From the NCBI GenBank assembly GCA_977017645.1, contig OZ360247.1, forward strand, positions 17,732,001-17,796,000: a DNA stretch of 64,000 nucleotides, written 5' to 3'. Shown here one piece after another: positions 1-12,154 of this stretch; the stretch's first letter is position 1, and each line of letters starts with the position of its first letter. The notes beneath the pieces are model-generated. The model worked only from the letters and a program-made list of their open reading frames with translations, was not told the origin of the DNA and did not search any database. Source of the DNA: Torpedo marmorata (lineage: Eukaryota). The translations under genes were made by a program, and so were the position numbers.

Positions 1-152
1 TCACATTTTATGGGCCCCCTTCCCTGTGAAACAGTCAAGTTTAGTTGGCTTCTTCCATACTTCTACCAACAACATAAAAAACATTTAAAATATTTTATGA
101 TTTCAGTCTGTGTCCCCCTAAAATGTGCTGTGGCCCCCGTTGAGAATGGCTG
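1..152. mobile_element. hAT-type MITE, right part (family with TIR CAGCCATTCTCAAC)
   Basis: Ends in GTTGAGAATGGCTG. The body matches copies at 11128, 26182 and 36275/38681. Confidence 0.8.
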
Positions 153-957
153 TTCTAAATGCTGTCTCGCCATCTTTATAATCTCTGAAGCACCTTTACT
201 CCTGTTCTCCAAGCCTCCTCAAGAAAGGACACCATACTCTTTGCTTTCCTCACTGCTTGCCTTGCCTACAAATTAACTGAGGGATACTGGCTCCCTCTGA
301 ACTATGAACACTTTTCAGTCTCTCACCATTTAAAAATACTCCCCTTTTCCAAATGGGATGACTACACATTTTTTCACATTCCATCACATCTGCTTTTCCT
401 TAACCATTCACTTAGTCTTTCCATATCCAATGATGCTGCTCTGCATTCCCATAACAATTCACATTGGCCCACAGCCATGTATCATCAGCAGCCTTGGATA
501 TATTACACTTGATCCCCTCATCCAAACCACTGATATTGAGAGAGATTGTAAACAGCTGGAGCCCAGACCAATCTTATGATACCACACAGTCACAGCTTCC
601 CAACCTAAATGTGACCTAGTTATTCTGACTGTTTCTGTCTGCTATTAATTTGTGACAGAAGATTACCTGCAATCTTGTGCACTCTAATATTTAATTTCCC
701 TGCCATTTCATTATAACCCCAATATTAGTTCACGATGACCTGCTGCAGACCATTTTGGCACTGAGGTTGAACCAGTTGGGGTTTTAACTGATAGATTTAC
801 CAACACATTTTCCTGGTTTGCTGTTTGCAGATTTGAGTGAAGGGTTATCTCAGGGTTCCCAGGTGGGTTATCAACCGGTGTCCTCTGGACTCACCAGCCT
901 GGCAAACTCTCGACTCCATCCACCCTTGGATAGCAAAACCTCTAAGCCATCACTCAC

Positions 958-1028
958 CAGTAGTCGGGTATCGGTACCTCCTGGTCTTTGTAGAGTTCCT
1001 CCAGCTCTGCATTCTTCTTCCTTAAAAA
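958..1028 (-). CDS. PNPO: PNPO exon 6 ([24 protein letters not shown])
   Basis: 71-bp exon, gtcag|TTT...TG|gtgagt. Resembles human [24 protein letters not shown] (recalled). Phase fits exon 5. Confidence 0.95.
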
Positions 1029-1249
1029 CTGACACAGAACATTAAGGAGAAAATATTTTTTTTAAAGATATTAGACTGGGCGCTGCGTAAAGATCTGGTC
1101 ACATCCTGTCTGGGCAATTGCATTCCGTTTTAGGCAGGGTCCCTCAGGGTGAATGTGTTGGTCTTGGACTTGGAGCTGTGCGGGTATGTCAGAGTTGGGT
1201 GATTCGGTTCAGGGAGTTTATAAACTAATTCCCCACTGCAAAGTTCAGA

Positions 1250-2762
1250 ACTATTACCCATCCACTGGCTCCTTTCCCCCCTGGAATTGTTCACTATTGT
1301 CCATCTACTGGCTCATAGAATCATAGAAAACTTACAGCACAATACAGGCCCTTCGGCCCACAAAGTTGTGCTGAACATGTCCCTACCTTAGAAATTACCA
1401 GGCTTTCCCATAGCTCTATGTTTTTCTAACCTCCATGTACCTATCCAAAAGCCTCTTAAAGGACCCTAACGTATCCGCCTCCACTACCGTTGAAGGCAGC
1501 CCATTCCACGCACCCACCACTCTCTGCGTAAAAAACCTTACCCCTGACATCTCCTCTGTACCTACTCCCCAGCACCTTAAACCCGTGTCCTCTTGTGGCA
1601 ACCATTTCAGCCCTAGGAAAAAGCCTCTGACTATCTACACGATCAATGCCTCTTATCATCTTATACAGCTCTATCAGGTCACCTCTCATCCTCCGTCGCT
1701 CCAAGGAGAAAAGGCCGAGTTCACTCAACCTGTTTTCATAAGGCATGCTCCCTAATCCAGGCAACATCCTTGTAAATCTCCTCTGCACCCTTTCTATGCC
1801 TTCCACATCCTTCCGGTGACCAGAACTGCGCACAGTACTCCAAGTGGGGTCTGACCAGGGTCCTCTATAGCTGCAACATTATCTCTCGGCTCCTAAATTC
1901 AATTCCACGATTAATGAAGGCCAATACACCGTATGCCTTCTTAACCACAGAATCAACCTGCGCAGCTGCTTTGAGCGTCCTATGGACCCGGACCCCAAGA
2001 TCCCTCTGCTCCTCCACACTGCCAATAGTCTTACCATTAATACTATATTCTGCCATCATATTTGACCTTCCAAAATGAACCACTTCACACTTAACTGGGT
2101 TGAACTCCATCTGCCACTTCTCAGCCCAGTTTTGCATCCTATCAATGTCCCACTGTAACCTCTGACAACCCTCCACACTATCCACAACACCCCCAACCTT
2201 TGTGTCATCAGCAAACTTACTAACCCAATCTTCCACTTCCTCATCCAGGTCATTTATAAAAATCACGAAGAGTAAGGTTCCCAGAACAGATCCCTGAGGA
2301 ACACCACTGGTCACTCCATGCAGAATATGACCCGTCTACAACCACTCTTTGCCTTCTGTGGGCAAGCCAGTTCTGGATCCACAAAGCAATGTCCCCTTGG
2401 ATCACATGCCTCCTTACTTTCTCAATAAGCCTTGCATGGGGTACCTTATCAAATGCCTTGCTGAAATCCATATACACTACATCTTCTGCTCTTCCTTCAT
2501 CAATGTGTTTAGTCTCCTTTCCCCCTGGAGTTGTTCACTATTGTCCATCCACTGGATCCCTTCCCCCGGGGTTGTTCACTATTGACCATCCACTGGCTCC
2601 CCACCCCCCGGGGTTATTCACTATTGACCATCCACTGGTTCCCCTCCCCCTGGGGTATTCACTATTGCCCACCTACCTGCTCCCCACCCCCCAGGGTTGT
2701 TCACTATTGCCCATCCACTGGATCCCTTCCCCCGGGGTTGTTCACTATTGCCCATCCACTGC
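1250..2762. repeat. ~40-bp minisatellite (GTTGTTCACTATTGCCCATCCACTGG...CCCC) split by a CR1 insertion
   Basis: About 1.5 units at 1250-1313 and about 6 units at 2514-2762. Confidence 0.85.
1314..2513 (-). mobile_element. CR1-clade LINE, 5'-truncated, frameshifted RT
   Basis: YMDFSKAFDKVPH, GVPQGSVLG and KFADD motifs (ORFs 2250-2477, 1865-2314, 1456-1833); TTCTATGA-type 3' tail. Confidence 0.95.
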
Positions 2763-3321
2763 CCCCTTCTTCAAGATTCCTCTTGCTTGGACAGGGCTTG
2801 CACAGATATTGAAGCACGTGAAGTGCCTGTTGTACTCTGTGTCATTGGGAACGCAGGTGGAGTTCATTTAAACTAGTGTTTCCCGACAACGTGCCTCGTG
2901 CTGCTGGGCTAACAGATTGGCCGGGGTGTGCATCTAGAACCTGCTTGTTCACGACTCGGCAACGCATGGCTGCTCACGTGGGTCTCAGGGCCAGGAGACT
3001 ACTCTCACCGGGACTGTGATTGACGGCACGGTGCGACCCTTTGTGCCAGATTCCCATTCAACCAACAAGGGCCAAGAGTCTCCTGGAGTGGCAGGAAGCT
3101 GCTGGGAATGAATCTGATTGGCTTGTTATGTTACAATGCTGGGAACCCAGTTTGACCACTGTCACAATTAACCCTGTTACTTTGATTTAGCATGTGATTT
3201 TATCGAGCGTGGCGATCTTTTACAATGCCTGGAGAATTTGTGGGCTCTGGGAAGAGATTCAGTTGGTGGAGAGAGTCAGTGACAGTGGGGAGTCTGGGCT
3301 CTGAGAGGGGTTCACTTTGTC

Positions 3322-3500
3322 GAAATGCTGGAGGAACTCAGCCGGTCTCGCAGTCCATAGTAAAGATATATTATTGACGTTTCGGGCCTGAGCCCTTCTT
3401 CAAGGTAGGAGTGAAAATAGACTAGCCTCTGAATTAAAGTCTGGGGAAAGAAAGGGGGAAGAATGAGAGGGAGCGAGTACAGACCAACAAAACAGAGACA
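3322..3500 (-). mobile_element. Penelope-like pLTR fragment with hammerhead motif
   Basis: Matches pLTRs at 33170-33278 and 34405-34560. Minus strand reads CCTTGAAGAAGGGCTCAGGCCCGAAACGTC at 3376-3405. Confidence 0.8.
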
Positions 3501-3771
3501 GAAACAGTGGGAGTGTGGGCACTGGGAGGGGATTGAGTTGGTGGAAAGTCTGTGGACTCTGGGAGGAGATTCTGTCAGTGGGTAATCAGTAATAAAAGGA
3601 GACTCGTGGAAGGAGAATCAGATGGTGGAGATAGGCCAGGCGTGGGAGGAATATCCATAGGCGGACAGCGTCTGTGATCGTCATTTGTGTCCCCATGTCG
3701 TGATGGGAGATTGGTTTTACTTGCTCCCTGCATGTGCTATGACCAAAACCCGGATGGATTTGTACACCAAC

Positions 3772-3900
3772 CTCTCGGTCAGGAATGGCTGAACTCTGGC
3801 GACTGACCACAGCACCGATCTGGCTACTCTTGGGTCGGGAATGAAAATACTCCTCGGAATCCTTGCTCAGTAACTTTGCCACACATCCTTCGATGCGTAT
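3772..3900 (-). CDS. PNPO: PNPO exon 5 ([43 protein letters not shown])
   Basis: 129-bp exon, tctttag|ATA...GAG|gttggt. [16 protein letters not shown] is the PNPO signature. Confidence 0.97.
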
Positions 3901-4034
3901 CTAAAGACACGGAATAATCTTGGTTATTAGCATCTGGGAGCGGATTGGAAGCATATCCAAGGTAGCGACAGACCCGATGCATTCCTGGAACAGGGAAGAT
4001 GAAATCACTAATCCTGGGAGTGAGTTGGAAGTTC

Positions 4035-5628
4035 GAATTAGAATCAGAATTTATTGTCATGAACAAGTCATGAAATTCGGTGTTTTGCGGCAGCATCATA
4101 GTGCAATTAACATTCATATTAACCATCTTACGACATTACTAAAAAAATTATAAACAATAGTGCACGAAAAGTAAGGCAGTGTCTTTGCTTCATTGATTAT
4201 TCAGGAATCTGATGGCAGCGGGGAAGAAGCTGTCCTTGTGCCGTTGAGTGCTCGTCTTTAGGCTCCTGTACCTTTTTCCCGATGGAAGCAGAGTGAAGAG
4301 GGCATGGCCTGGGTGGTGGGGGTCTTTGAGGATAGAGGCTGCTTTTTTAAGACACCGCCTCATGTAGATGTCCTCAATGGAGTGAAGTTTGGTGCCTGTG
4401 ATGTCACAGGCCGAGTTAACAACCCTCTGGAGTTTACTCTTGTCCTTGGAGTTGGCACCTCCATACCAGGCAGTGATCCAACCAGCCAAAATGCTCTCCA
4501 CGGTACACCTGTAGAAGTTTACGAGAGTCTTCGGTGACATACCGAATCTCCGCAGACACCTCACAAAGTATAGCTGCTGACGAGCCTTCTTTGTGATTGC
4601 ATCAACGTGGATGCTCCAGGACAGATCCTCAGAGATGTTGACACCCAGGAATTTGAAGTTCTTGACCCTCTCCACTACTGAGCCCTCGATGAGGACTGGG
4701 TCGTGTTCCCCTGACTTCCTCCTGAAGTCCACAATCATCTCCTTGGTTTTGCTGACGTTGAGCTCAAGGTTGTTGCCATTACACCATTCAACGAGCTGAT
4801 CTATCTCCCTCCTGTACGCTTCCTCATTGCCGTTTGTGATTCTGCCACAACTGTGGTGTCATCGGCAAACTTGTAGATGGCATTGGAATTGTGCCTGGCC
4901 CCACAGTCATGGGTGTATAATGAGTAGAGCAGTGGACTAAGCACGCATCCTTGGGGTGCGCCTGTGTTGATAATCAGTGAGGAGGAGACGTTGTTTCCAA
5001 TTCGTACTGACTGTGGTCTTCCGATGAGAAAGTCAAGGATCCAGTTGCAGAGGCGGGTACAGAGGCCTAGAGTTTGTAGCTTCTTGACCAGCACTGAGGG
5101 AATAATGGTATTGAGCTGTAGTCGATGAAGAGCAGCCATATATATGAATTGCTGCTTTCAAGGTGATCCAGAGCTGAGTGGAGAGCCAGCGATATTGCAT
5201 CTGCTGTGGAGCGATTGTGACGATAGGCGAATTGCAGTGGGTCCAGATCTTTGCTTAGATATGTGTTAATTCTGGCCATGACCAGCCTCTCAAAGCATTT
5301 CATCACAGTAGAAGTTAGTGCTACTGGGCGGTAGTCATTGAGGCAGCCCACACTACTCTTCTTGGGTACCGGGATGATTGATGCCCTTTTGAAGCAGGTG
5401 GGAACCTCTAACTGCCTCAATGAGAGGTTGAAAATGTCCGTGAACACTCCGGCTAGTTGGTTGGCGCAGATTTTCAATACCCTGCCAGGTACGCTGTCAG
5501 GGCCTGACGCCTTGCGAGGGTTCACCCTCTTGAATGATGTTCTGACGTCACCCTCAGAGACAGATATCACAGGGTCCTCAGCCTTTTCAAGGATTCTAGT
5601 AGGCACTGTTTTGTTCTTCTTCTCAAAG
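4035..5628 (-). mobile_element. Rex1/Babar-type LINE, 5'-truncated
   Basis: [43 protein letters not shown] and LPSGKRYR motifs; ATTCTG/ATTCTA tail. Confidence 0.93.
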
Positions 5629-6727
5629 TTGACGGGCTTTATCCAGTCTTACACCGAACGTAGTCAATTGCTCAGAAACAGACCAATTAGTCAGGGAAGG
5701 AAACTAATGAGTAAATGAAAAATAGATCTGCTTGTCCCCTGGAATCAAATTCCTCCCCATGGAAAGATGATGCAGGAAGGGCCGTGAGCTGTGGGTGACC
5801 AGCCTGGCTCTCGGTTCTCTTTGAAGGGGAAGGGAACCAATGACCTGATGGAAATCTTTTAAAGTATGAAAGGTTTTAAGAGAGTGGACGCAGAGGGAAT
5901 GTTTCTATTTGTGTGCAAATCAAAACCTCGGGTCAATGAACACAGGACGGCTCCCAATTTATCCAGGGATAAATTCCACAGGAATCTCCTTCCTGGGAGA
6001 TCGAGGGGAATGGAACCCACTGTCACCGGGTGCAGGGGAAGTGACTGATGGGGTGCATTGAATGAGAGCTGAGCGGAGGGAAGAGCTGCATGTGTTTGGA
6101 GTTGGAAGGAGGGTTGCTAGGGGCCTGAGATCTGGCTCAGGTTGGACAGGACCCTGGCTGATCTTTCCCTCCCCTGGCACAGTGAGACAGTGCAGTGCCT
6201 TCCACCAGGAGCATTCAGCCTCTTTAGTGGTATTGACCCAATGGGTTTCATGGCTCCACCACTTAAGCCCATTCTCCAGAGCAGTAGCAGGGAGCTCTGC
6301 CCTGTTGGAGCTAAGGTAGGGCCTGACTGCTGCCTTATAAAGATTGGATGGCACTCACTACTCAAGGAAACCAGTCTCCTGATCAATATTAATCCCTCAG
6401 TCAACTTCAGTGAAACACATTTGTCTCTAATTGCTGCGTCTGATCCTCATGTGAACAACTTGTCCACTGACTTTTTATTCAGTAACTGTCCTTCAAGAGA
6501 ACTATAAGGCAATGAGCATGAATGAAAGATATTAGTATATTGTTGGGAGGAAGCAGTTGGAGTTTTCATGTGTAAAGTTACTTTCCTCTGGCCTCTGTGT
6601 ATATTGACAATTTGCTGTACTCTTGCCCAATCTCCATGGACACTCAGTCACACAATTTAATTCTATCAATTCATTAGGAAAACAAAGTGCATTCTGTAAA
6701 TTAATCAATATTTAAATGAGAACGTAC

Positions 6728-6781
6728 TTGCCTATTCAGGGGTTCCCAATAAAATACAATTGCTGCAAATGGATTGGTCTC
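6728..6781 (-). CDS. PNPO: PNPO exon 4 (ETNPFAAIVFYWEPLNRQ)
   Basis: 54-bp exon, ttttctag|GAG...CAA|gtacgt. Contains the FYWEPLNRQ motif. Confidence 0.97.
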
Positions 6782-6984
6782 CTAGAAAAAGAAGAAATAT
6801 CAATAAACTCAGTGATCAAACTGTGTAACATTGGGCTAATGAAGGTGTGGTATAGCTGTGTATAATAATGCTATTGTATTGTTATGGGTGTTGTGCAATA
6901 AAACATTATAATGGGTGTGCAGAGCAACAGTCTTCTGAGGGTTGTGATTTATATTGGTGCCACCATGGCAGGTTATCTACTCAC

Positions 6985-7084
6985 CAGTTCTCTCCCCTTC
7001 CTGCTCTCATAGTTAGTGAAGAATTTGAACCCATCAGGTCCAAAACCTTTCAGAAGCAACATTCGAGCAGAGGGCTTTCCATCC
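6985..7084 (-). CDS. PNPO: PNPO exon 3 ([33 protein letters not shown])
   Basis: 100-bp exon, ctctag|G GAT...CTG|gtgagt. FMN-binding [10 protein letters not shown] and FFTN..SRKG motifs. Confidence 0.98.
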
Positions 7085-7254
7085 CTAGAGAAGAAGGAAA
7101 AGTAGGCAGTTTTGTCGTAACTACAAACATTTCCATTGCTCGTACTTCCCACCGTGAACTACAGTCCTGCTGCTTATGTTCATCAGCTTTTTCTCAACCA
7201 ATCAAATCACTGACAGTTAGTTACTATTGGCCAAAATGGACAACTTCACATTTT

Positions 7255-7990
7255 CACATTGAAATGCTGGAAAACCTCAGCCGGTCTAGCAGCGTCCATA
7301 GGTGGTAAAGATATATTACCGACTTTTTGGGCCTGGGCGCAGACTGGGAGATCGCTTAGTTGAGCACCTTGGCTCTGTCCACCGCAATAACGTGGATCTT
7401 CCAGTGGCCACCCATTCCAATTCCCCATACCATTCCCTTGCTGACATGTCTGTCCATGGTCTCGTGCACTGCTAGACTGAGACCACCTGCAAAATGGAGG
7501 AACAACACCTCATCTTCCATCTGGGTACCCTCCAAACTGAAGGCATTCACATCGACTTCTCTGGTTTCCATTAGACCCCCCCTTCTTTTTCCCCCTGTTG
7601 CCGTTCCCCCAGCTCTGTCTCTCTCCCTCTCTTTCCTTTTCCCTCTGTCTCCTTTCACAGAGCCAAAATCAATTCTCACCTTTCCTCTTATCGTATCCAA
7701 TTAACACCTTTTGCCTATTAGTCTGGACTCCTCCCCCTGCCATTCTTCAGTCTTTATTCAGATGCCTTCCTGTCTTTTGTTTATAACCATATAACAATTA
7801 CAGCACAGAAACAGGCCAGTTTGGCCCTTCTAGTCCATGATGAATAAGTACCTCGAAGAAGAGCTTAGGCCCGAAACGTCCGTATTACATCTTTACCTCC
7901 TATGGACGCTGCGAGACCGGCTGAGTTCCTCCAGCATTTCTGTATGTTTTTACTACAATCACAGTGTCTGCAGACTTTCGTGTTTCACTC
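7255..7990 (+). mobile_element. Penelope-like element: inverted 5' pLTR piece + GIY-YIG C-terminus + pLTR
   Basis: About 7336-7575 translates RLGDRLVEHL..LPVATH..EEQHLIFHLGTLQ..GI.IDF. 7255-7336 is the reverse complement of the 3' pLTR. A CR1 tail fragment is inserted at ~7785-7838. Confidence 0.85.
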
Positions 7991-8335
7991 CAACTTCACA
8001 TTTGCCCACATTAGACCCCATTTGCCAGATACTTAGAGGAGTCTCCATGTTTTTAAAGAGGCTTTTAAAGACATAAATATGTAGGGAATGGAGGGGTAAT
8101 GATGATATGTAGGCAGAAGGGATTGAATTTAATTTGACACTGTGCTCAGTGCAGACTTTGTGCTGGATTGTTCTGTGTTCCATAATCTCTCAGTTCTGGT
8201 GGACTGACAGGTCCAAGCCAATGTTTTCCACAATAACATCTGCCCCACTCTCCTCCCCCAAGAGTATTTCCCATTAGTTAGAGAACCATAACCCAATACC
8301 ATCACATTTTTTGAATCACATTTGATGGCGATGAG

Positions 8336-9171
8336 GATGGCGGCGCTGCCGGAGCCGCTGTAGCGGCAGCGCTGCCGCTGGTGCGGACCCGCGAGGAGCG
8401 TGGGAGCGGAGATACAGCGCTCCCGCGGGGTCCAGTCGCCCAGTCGACTGCCGTCGGTTCCGCACGTTAAAGGAGCCGACGGTGGTTTTATTTGAGATCC
8501 CGCGACCGCGGGGTCTGCGCCCAAGATGGCAGCGCCTGTTGATCGGCAGCAGCCACGAGGGGCTGCAGACTCCGGGGAAGCAGGGGACTGGAGCAGGGCA
8601 CCAGTGGACGGGAAGATCACCCCCGTCTGAGAAGGAGAAGCGGAGGAGACGACCCACGGGACGGTGAGCACAGCGGCGAACCGGTGAGGGGCTCTGAGGC
8701 TGAAGGACCGGTGCATGCGGCGGGCTGCTGGCGACTCAAGGCGAGGAACCCGCGGAGGCTGTGGGCTGCTGGAGACTGCTGTCGGGGGACTCACGACGGG
8801 CTGCGGACTGCTTGAGGTTGGCTCGAACTGGCTGGAGGAGTACCAGGTATCGGAACCGGGATGTGAGGGGGTGCCGAGGGCGACCTGACCGTGTTGGAGG
8901 TTCGGATCTGGAGCTCGGGATGCCGATCGTTTGGACTGGACTCTGTGTGGCTGCGGAAGCGCTGGAGGCGAATCTATGGGCGCTCGGTGACTCTGGGGGG
9001 ACTCTCTTTTGCTTCTCTTTCTCTGACTGTAAGGAATGTTAGAGGCGCTTAGGCAATTTCTGCCGATGGCGAATCTGTCTGCCTTGCAGCAGGCAAAAAG
9101 AAATTTCGTGGTATATGACACGGTCTTATTGCTGTGACAATAAATTGAATCTTGAATCTTGAATCTTGAAT
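8336..9171 (+). mobile_element. GC-rich non-autonomous retroelement, copy 1, (CTTGAAT)n tail
   Basis: ~840 bp, collinear with 12155-12994. Ends GACAATAAA + short tandem tail, like the local Rex1 3' ends. Confidence 0.8.
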
Positions 9172-9344
9172 GCGTGTCAGAACCTGAATTAATTTAAACA
9201 GAGAATCCTTTAACCCAGAGACCAAACGTCCCTAAAGTTGGGAGCACAGGCAATGTCAAAGCTGAGTTCTATTTCAGGGATTTAAAACGAAAACTTGGGA
9301 GACATTCCCTTGGATTCAGCAAAGTGACGGGCAAAGGTGGTTAC

Positions 9345-9469
9345 TTAGTACAGGTGGCGAGGCACATGGCATTGGCTTCTTGGATAGACGGGCACTTTGC
9401 AGCCTCTTGGAACCAGTCACCAAACTGTTTCATTGGGTCCAGAGAAACCAGATGATTCTCTTCAAAAGC
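9345..9469 (-). CDS. PNPO: PNPO exon 2 ([42 protein letters not shown])
   Basis: 125-bp exon, tttctgaccag|GCT...AA|gtaacc. DP..QF..WF and EANAMCLAT motifs. Confidence 0.98.
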
Positions 9470-9717
9470 CTGGTCAGAAAGAGAGAGAGAAGTCATCAGA
9501 AATAGTGAAGGTATTTTTCTCCAGGGTAGGAGAGTCTAAAACTAGAGGACGCAGACTTAAGGCAAGAGGGAGAGATTTAAAAGGAACCTGGGGGTCATCT
9601 TTTTTCACACAGAGGGTGGTGGGTATATAGAATGAGCTGCCAGAGGAAATGGTAGAAGCCGGTGCAATTACATTTATAAGACATTAGGAAAGGTACATGG
9701 ATAGGAACGGTTTAGAT

Positions 9718-10552
9718 CAGTTACTCCCAAAGTGGGCAGTGCTGCCCCCCCCCCCCCCCGGGGGGGTGGTGGAAAGATCCAGGAGAGCGGTGAGGAAAAG
9801 GGGGCAGTCCGAACGTTTCCGGCAAACTCAGCCCGCAATGCTCATCGTGCGCTATCCATCAGGTGAGGAGGGGGTGGGGGTGACGGCCGGGGATGGTGTC
9901 TGGCCGGGGCGGTGACTGCCTGGGATGGTGACGGCCGGGGATGGTGTCTGGCCGGGACGGGACCGCTTAGGACTGGACCGCTCAGGACAGGACCGTTCGG
10001 GATGGGAACGCTCGGGATGGCGACCGCTCGGGATGGCGACCACTCGGGACGGTGACTGCCCGGGACGGTGACTGCCGGGGATGGTGACTGGCCGGGACTG
10101 CTCAGGACGGGACCGCTCAGGACGGTGACTGCCCGGGACGGTGACCACTCGGGACGGGACTGCTCAGGATGGTGACCACTTGGGACGGTGACTGACCACC
10201 CAGGACAGTGACTGCCCGGGATGGTAACCACTCAGGACGGTGACCGGCCAGGATGGTGACTGACCACCCGGGACGGTGACTGCCCGGGACAGTAAAGACA
10301 ATGTAGTTATAGGTGAGATGTAAATTTGCCCTTTCATATTGCTAAATAAATTGGTTTACTATAAGTTTTATTTGTGAAATACATACTGTATGCTTGTTTA
10401 TAGTGTTGGATTAGTTGTTGTTTTAAACTTGCCTAATTCCAAGAAAGAGGTGTGTGTGTGTTGTATGTGTGTGTGTGTGGGGTGTGGGGGGTGCTAGGGA
10501 TGTGGCCTGGGAGCCAAGGGGGCGACAGCCCAAAAAAGTTTGGGAACCACTG
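9718..10552. mobile_element. hAT (Charlie/MER20-like) non-autonomous element containing a minisatellite
   Basis: TIRs CAGTTACTCCCAAA / TTTGGGAACCACTG. 8-bp TSD GTTTAGAT (9710-9717) / GTTTAGAG (10553-10560). Confidence 0.8.
9880..10291. repeat. ~16-bp G-rich minisatellite (CGGGACGGTGACTGCC variants)
   Basis: Direct tandem copies are visible. Confidence 0.9.
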
Positions 10553-11127
10553 GTTTAGAGGAATATGGGCCAAACACATGCCAATAGGACCAGCTTAGAT
10601 AGAAAACTTGGTCAGCATGGATGAGTGGGGCTGAAGGGCCTGTTTCTGTGCTGTGAAACTCTATGACTCTGTGACCTTCTGCATGATCTCCCCACACTCC
10701 CGAAATAACTCATACAATGTCCCCACTTGTGTGTAAGAAGGAAGTTGTGATAAACAGCTCGGTGGCAGCACACACTAAAGTCTGCAGTTACACACAATGG
10801 TTGTTGGATGCAGCAAAACGTGGCAACGTTTCAGCAACGACCACCGAGTATGATCTTCGGTGATAATCCAATTGCAACGTTCCGACAGGGTCAATCCTAT
10901 GCAGGTGATTCTAAGGATTACTAGAGTGACAATTCTAAAGAGAAGTTCCTACAATTATGACCCAACACCTGTGATTCTTCAATTCAAGCTCAGTGCTATA
11001 GAGTGGGCTCAATAGGAATATCTTCACAGTTGTTGTGTGATTGCTGCAGGACTGCAGGATTATCATTGTAAAATCTCATTTGTAGGATCACCGCTGTGGG
11101 ATTACTATAGGATTGTGGTCAATAGAT

Positions 11128-11332
11128 CAGCCATTCTTAACCTTTATGGCCCCCCCGAGAACTCTGCTCAATGTTAATGGGCCCCCTTCCCTGCGAAGCA
11201 GTCAAGTTTTGGTTTCTTCCGTACTTTTCTCCTATGGACTTCATTAAAAGCATAAAAATATTTGTGTTTCGTGAGGTGAAAAGAAAACAAGGCTTTTACT
11301 TAAAGTGCTGTGGCCCTCGTTGAGAATGGCTG
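11128..11332. mobile_element. hAT-type MITE (TIR CAGCCATTCTYAAC)
   Basis: Both TIRs present. Flanks CAATAGAT / TCCTAGGT are a degraded NNNTAGNN target. Confidence 0.8.
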
Positions 11333-12154
11333 TCCTAGGTTGTCACTGTAGGACCATCTCCACACCATTATTGATTCAGTAAAAAGAACCCGGCAGATCG
11401 CTCCTGAATGATTGTATTTCTAGATCATAACTAGAGGTCCATCTCTGTTGACCATCTCTACGATAACTGGATTGTCTCCGTGGGACTCTCTCCATAGGAT
11501 CATTATCATGGGTCCATGTTGGTGGATCAAGATTCCTATATTGTCATGTACACAAAATACAGAACATTTATTTTCTTTTGTTTGTCCCATAAAGGCCCGC
11601 AAAGGATCATTGTATTGATCTCATCACAGATTATTGAAACATCATTTTTTTGCAGTAACTCAGGTTGTACATATTTATTTATCTGTGCTTTTATATTTAT
11701 CTCTTTTTCTATGTTACCATATTGTGGTAAGTTAATTTATGTCATTGTCATTGATATTTTATTATTGTAGCTGGTGTGTGGCTGCAGCAAGTAAGAATTA
11801 TGGTGCAACTGTACATTGTACTTATGTATAAGAAAATAAGTTCTGCTACTCATCTCTGTGATAGTAACACCACAGGATCACTTCTGTTGGATCATCATTG
11901 AAGAAAGTATGGTCTCTGTAGCGTCATCACTGTGGAACCACCCCCATGCTGTTGCAATACAATCACCTCTTTGTGATCATAATCATGGAATCATCTCTGA
12001 GGGACCATAACCAGAGGATTGCCTCTGTGATTGCATCGTTGGAGAGTGGTCTCCATAGGGACACCATTGTGGCCTACTCATTGCACTATTATCTCCTGGA
12101 TCATTACTCCAGGGTTATAACTGTGGATCGTCTCTGTATCAGTGAAATCAATGA

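Larger units (their letters stand above)
9500..10670 (+). mobile_element. CR1 3' fragment interrupted by a hAT element
   Basis: FFTQRVVG motif at ~9600. Sequence resumes after the TSD at 10553 and ends in a CTCTATGACTCT tail. Confidence 0.75.

Noticed and set aside
1-957. PNPO last exon (GGY..EFWQG..RLHDR)
   Set aside because: No such motif found on the minus strand here; it presumably lies left of the window.
3901-4010. Acceptor-like site (ttccctgttccag) ~84 nt upstream of PNPO exon 5
   Set aside because: Using it gives an in-frame TAG before the conserved sequence. The acceptor at 3900 yields the expected 129-bp exon.
8129-9121. 330-aa and 280-aa (12314-13156) minus-strand ORFs
   Set aside because: GC-rich repeat sequence. 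The ORFs end differently in the two copies and have no recognisable domain.
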